From: Mobula hypostoma
Taxonomy: Eukaryota
NCBI RefSeq assembly: GCF_963921235.1
Contig: NC_086097.1
Location: forward strand, 33,172,001-33,236,000
Length of the DNA: 64,000 nucleotides
Reading direction: 5' to 3'
Shown here: in pieces, positions 60,545-64,000 of the stretch
Layout: each line of letters begins with the position of its first letter
How positions within the stretch are numbered: position 1 is the first letter of the stretch
Program-made: the position numbers and the translations under genes
Notes under the pieces: model-generated
Seen by the model: the letters and a program-made list of their open reading frames with translations, nothing else
Told to the model about the DNA's origin: nothing
Databases searched by the model: none

Positions 60545-61905
60545 CGGAAGATCACAGTGTGTCTGTGAGCGGGAGATCACAGTGTGTGTGTGTGAGCGGA
60601 AGATCACTGTGTGTGTGAGCGGAAGATCACAGTGTGTGTGTGAGCGGAAGATCACAGTGTGTGTGTTAGCGGGAGATCACGGTGTGTGTCTGTGAGCGGG
60701 AGATCACGGTGTGTGTGTGAGTGGGAGATCATGGTGTGTGTGTGAGTGGGAGATCATGGTGTGTGTGTGAGAGCAGCAGATCACGGTGTGTGTATGTGTT
60801 AGCGGGAGATGACAGTGTGTGTGTGTGTGCGGGAGATCACAGTGTGTGTGAGTGGGAGATCACGGCGTGTGTGTGAGCGGGAGATCACGGTGTATGTGGG
60901 AACGGGAGATCACGGTGTGTGTGTGCAGGAGATCACGGTGTGTGTGTGCAGGAGATCACAGTGTGTGAGCGGGAGATCACAGCGGGTGTGTGGGAGCAGG
61001 AGATCATGGTGTGTATGCAGGAGATCACAGTGTGTGAGCGGGAGATCACGGTGTGTGTGGGAGCAGGAGATCACAGTGTGTATGTGAGCGGGAGATCACG
61101 GTGCGTGGGAGCAGGAGATCACGGTGCGTGGGAGCAGGAGATCACAGTGTGTGTGTGGGAGCAGGAAATCACAGTGTGTGTGTGCAGGAGATCACGGTTT
61201 GTGAGGGAGCAGGAGATCACGGTGTGTGTGTGCAGGAGATCACGGTGTATGATCGGGAGATCACAGCGGGTGTGTGGGAGCAGGAGATCATGGTGTGTGT
61301 GTGTGAGCGGGAGATCACTGCTTGTGTGTTAGTGGGAGATCACGGTATGTGTGTGAGCGGAAGATCATGGTGTGTGTCTGGGAGCGGGAGATCATGGTGT
61401 ATGTGTGAGCGGGAGATTACGGTGTGTGTGTGAGTGGGAGATCATGGTGTGTGTGTTAGCGGGAGATGACTCTGTGTGTGTGTGTGTGGGCGGGAGATCA
61501 CGGTGTGTGTGGGAGATCACAGTGTGTGCGTGAGCGGGAGATCACAGTGTGTGTGTGTGTGTGTGCGGGAGATCACAGTATGTGTGTGTGTATGTGCGGG
61601 AGATCACGGTGTGTGTGTGGAAGATCATGAGTGAGTGGGAGATCACGGTGTGTGTGTGAGCAGGAGATCACAGCGGGTGTTTGTGAGCGGGAGATCACGG
61701 TGTGTGTGTGTGTGAGATCACAGCGGGTGTGTGGGAGTGGGAGATCACAGCGGGTGTGTGGGAGCGGGAGATCACAGTGTGTGTGGGAGCAGGAGGTCAT
61801 GGTGAATGTGAGAGGGAGATCACGGTGTGTGAGGGAGCGGGAGATCACAGCGGGCATGTGGGAGCAGGAGATCATGGTGAATGTGAGAGGGAATTGGAGA
61901 TCACA
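58310..61905 (+). repeat. Satellite: GGAGATCAC(A/G)G core + variable (TG)n, ~20-35 bp units
   Basis: More than 100 copies of (GAGCA/GCG)GGAGATCAC(A/G)GTGTG... A more degenerate precursor tract lies at ~56540-57075. Confidence 0.97.
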
Positions 61906-62774
61906 AAATGCTTCAGAGGGAACAGAAGATTGCAGTGAATGAATGCTAGGATAGGCCTGTGGGACCTCTGTGCTTTGTTTGGTTCTTATTCTCAGTGTAT
62001 AAGGTTTGTTTTGGCTGCTTTGTCAGACTCTGGCTTAGAGTCTGTCTGCATAATGGCGAAAAACCTGTGTTGCTGCGGGAAGATTTTTGAATATCCGTCA
62101 GTAGTGTCAATACTGCTGTCAGAGTCCAGCGTAGGGTGTGTCTCACCATCAAAATGCTCCTTACTGCCACTGGGCTCATTGTTCCTACTGGGGCATTACA
62201 GATGTTAAGGATGGCTGGTTTGTTCAAGTGAGCAGCCTTGTGTTTATTGTGAAAGTGTGTTTTAAATCCATGCCATGGCTTTATAGTGCAAGACATAAAA
62301 ATTACAATAAAATTTAAATAGTACAGAAAGAGAACAAAGCATCGATGGGTTCATGGGCCTTTCAGAAATCTGATGGCAGAGGGGATGAAGCTGTTCCTAA
62401 AACATTGAGTGTGTGTCTTCAGGCTCCTGTACTTCCTCCTTGATGGTATTATTGAGAAGATGTTCTGTATGGTGAGTGTCCTCTATGATGGATGCTGCCT
62501 TCTGAAGATCATAAAACATAGGAGCAGAGAATTCACTTGTGAAGATGTCCTCTGGTGGGAAGGCTAGTACCCATGATGGAGCTAGCTGAATCTTCAACCC
62601 TCTGAAGCTTTTTACAATTCTTTGCAGGGGCCCCTCATATCAGACTGTAGGGTAAGATGGAGGGATAGCTATCTTCCCTTTAAATTCTCAATCCTGAGGC
62701 AGCATCTTGAACCGAAACATCAGTTGTCCATTTCCCTCCACAGATGCTGCCTGACCTGTTGAGTTCCTCCAGCC

Positions 62775-63965
62775 AGAGAAAACCTGCAGATGCTGGAATT
62801 CAAAAGAATGCACACAAAATGCTGGAGGAACTCAGCAGACGAGGTAGCATGTATGGAAAAGAGTAAACAGTCAATGTTTCAGGCTGAGACCCTTCATCAG
62901 GACTGAAAAAAAGAGATTAGAATTCATAGTAAGAAGTTGGGAGGAGGAGAGGAGGAAGTACAAAGGAGTAGGTGATAGGTAAACCCAGGAGAGGGCGGGC
63001 AGTGAAGTAAAGAGCTGGGAAGTTGATGAAAGAAATTTAGGGTTGGAGAAGGGGAATCTGGTAGCAGAGGGCAGAAGGCCATGGTAGAAAGGGAAGGGGG
63101 AGGAGCACCAGAGGGAGGTGATGGACAGGTCAGGATATAAGGTGAGAGAGAGAAGTGGGAATGGGGAATGGTGAAGGAGAAGGGGGAGGCAGTTACCAGA
63201 AGTTCGAGAATTGATGTTCATTCCATCAGATTGGGGGCTACCCAGATGGAATATAAGATGTTGTTCCTCCATACTGAGTATGGCCTCATCACAGCAGTGG
63301 AGGAGGCCATGGACTGACATGTCAGAATGGGAATGAGAAGTAGAATTGAAATGTGTGGTCACCAGGAGATCCCGCTCTTTCTGGCAGACAGAGCATAGGT
63401 GGTTGGCAAAGCGGTCTCCCAATCTATGTTGGTTCTCACAGCTATACAAGAGGTCACACCGGGAGCATGAGTGCAGGAAGCAGTACCAATGCAGTTATTA
63501 ATGTAGCATAGGAAAAGTTGGTGAGTGATGCCGGTGTAGGCTTGGAACATAGACTGTAGCGTAGGCAGGCATAGCTGGGGTCAATGTGAGTTCCCCTGGC
63601 TACATCTTTTGTTTGAAGGAAGTGGAAGGAACCAAAGGAGAAATTATTGAGAGTGAGGACCGGTTCTACCAAACAGAAGAGAGTGGTGGTGGCGGGGAGC
63701 TGGTTGGGTCTGATGGCCAGAAAGAAATAGAGGCCTTTGAGACCTTCCTAATGGGGGGTGCAGGTGTATAGGGACTGGACATCTCAAGTGAAAATGAAAT
63801 GACAAGTCCAGGGAACTTGAAGTCACTGAAAAGAACAAGAGTGTGTGGAAGTGTCATGGATGTAGGTGGGAAGGGACTGAACCGTTGGGGGGGCGGGGAT
63901 GTATAACAGAGTCAAGGTATGCAGGTATAAGTTCAGTGGGTCAGTAGCAAGCAGAATCAAAAGGT
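62775..63965 (-). mobile_element. Penelope-like element 3' portion, internally deleted (RT palm joined to GIY-YIG)
   Basis: VLTLNNFSFGSFHFLQTKDVARGTHIDPSYA, then FLCYINNCIGTASCTHA jumping directly to the GIY-YIG region (HRLGDRFANH...EEQHLIFHLG). Hammerhead CAGTC-CTGATGA-AGGGTCTCAGCCT-GAAA-CATT-GACTG at 62868-62905. Confidence 0.85.
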
Positions 63966-64000
63966 CCACCTGGACAAAACAACAGGAATACTGCAGATGT

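Noticed and set aside
58310..61905. CRISPR-like look (constant repeat plus variable spacer), and many Cys/Val-rich ORFs
   Set aside because: The spacers are only (TG)n length variants, there are no cas genes, and the context is a vertebrate intron. The ORFs are translations of the satellite.
53762..64000. Next TTLL5 exon (recalled YQLQFALQQL motif)
   Set aside because: Not found in the ORF track or by eye; presumably downstream of the window.

Overview
This is repeat-dense vertebrate genomic DNA. The HER1/CR1, Rex1/Babar, V-SINE/HE1-like and SacSINE1-like repeats point to a cartilaginous fish, probably a ray (inference). The whole window lies inside one + strand gene, TTLL5 (tubulin polyglutamylase). 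Eight phase-compatible exons of its C-terminal region were read directly: <1-165, 283-403, 1572-1718, 4876-4970, 6861-6994, 12690-13064, 21604-21791 and 53610-53761. The gene continues beyond both edges. The ~31.8 kb intron (21792-53609) holds a young, antisense class I (fish/epsilon-related) endogenous retrovirus at ~28632-34981. It has ~98% identical LTRs, a tRNA-Ser-type PBS, gag with LYPDL/PPPY late domains and a CCHC knuckle, and an amber readthrough into protease. RT is deleted in frame, integrase keeps its DDE residues, and env is reduced to the ISD-CX6CC-TM part. The same intron carries several Neptune-type Penelope-like elements (PLEs) with inverted pseudo-LTRs and 11-16 bp TSDs. Their pseudo-LTRs contain minimal type I hammerhead ribozymes, and two copies with an intact core lie in sense to the TTLL5 pre-mRNA. 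One PLE is interrupted by an IR/DR DD34E Tc1. Also present are a near full-length CR1/HER1, Rex1/Babar copies, 44-bp and 47-bp minisatellites, and a 3.6-kb GGAGATCAC+(TG)n satellite with higher-order duplications. The best leads are the hammerhead-bearing inverted PLE/mini-PLE system and the doubly deleted ERV with non-canonical ends. All family and orthology calls come from recalled motifs; no database search was run.
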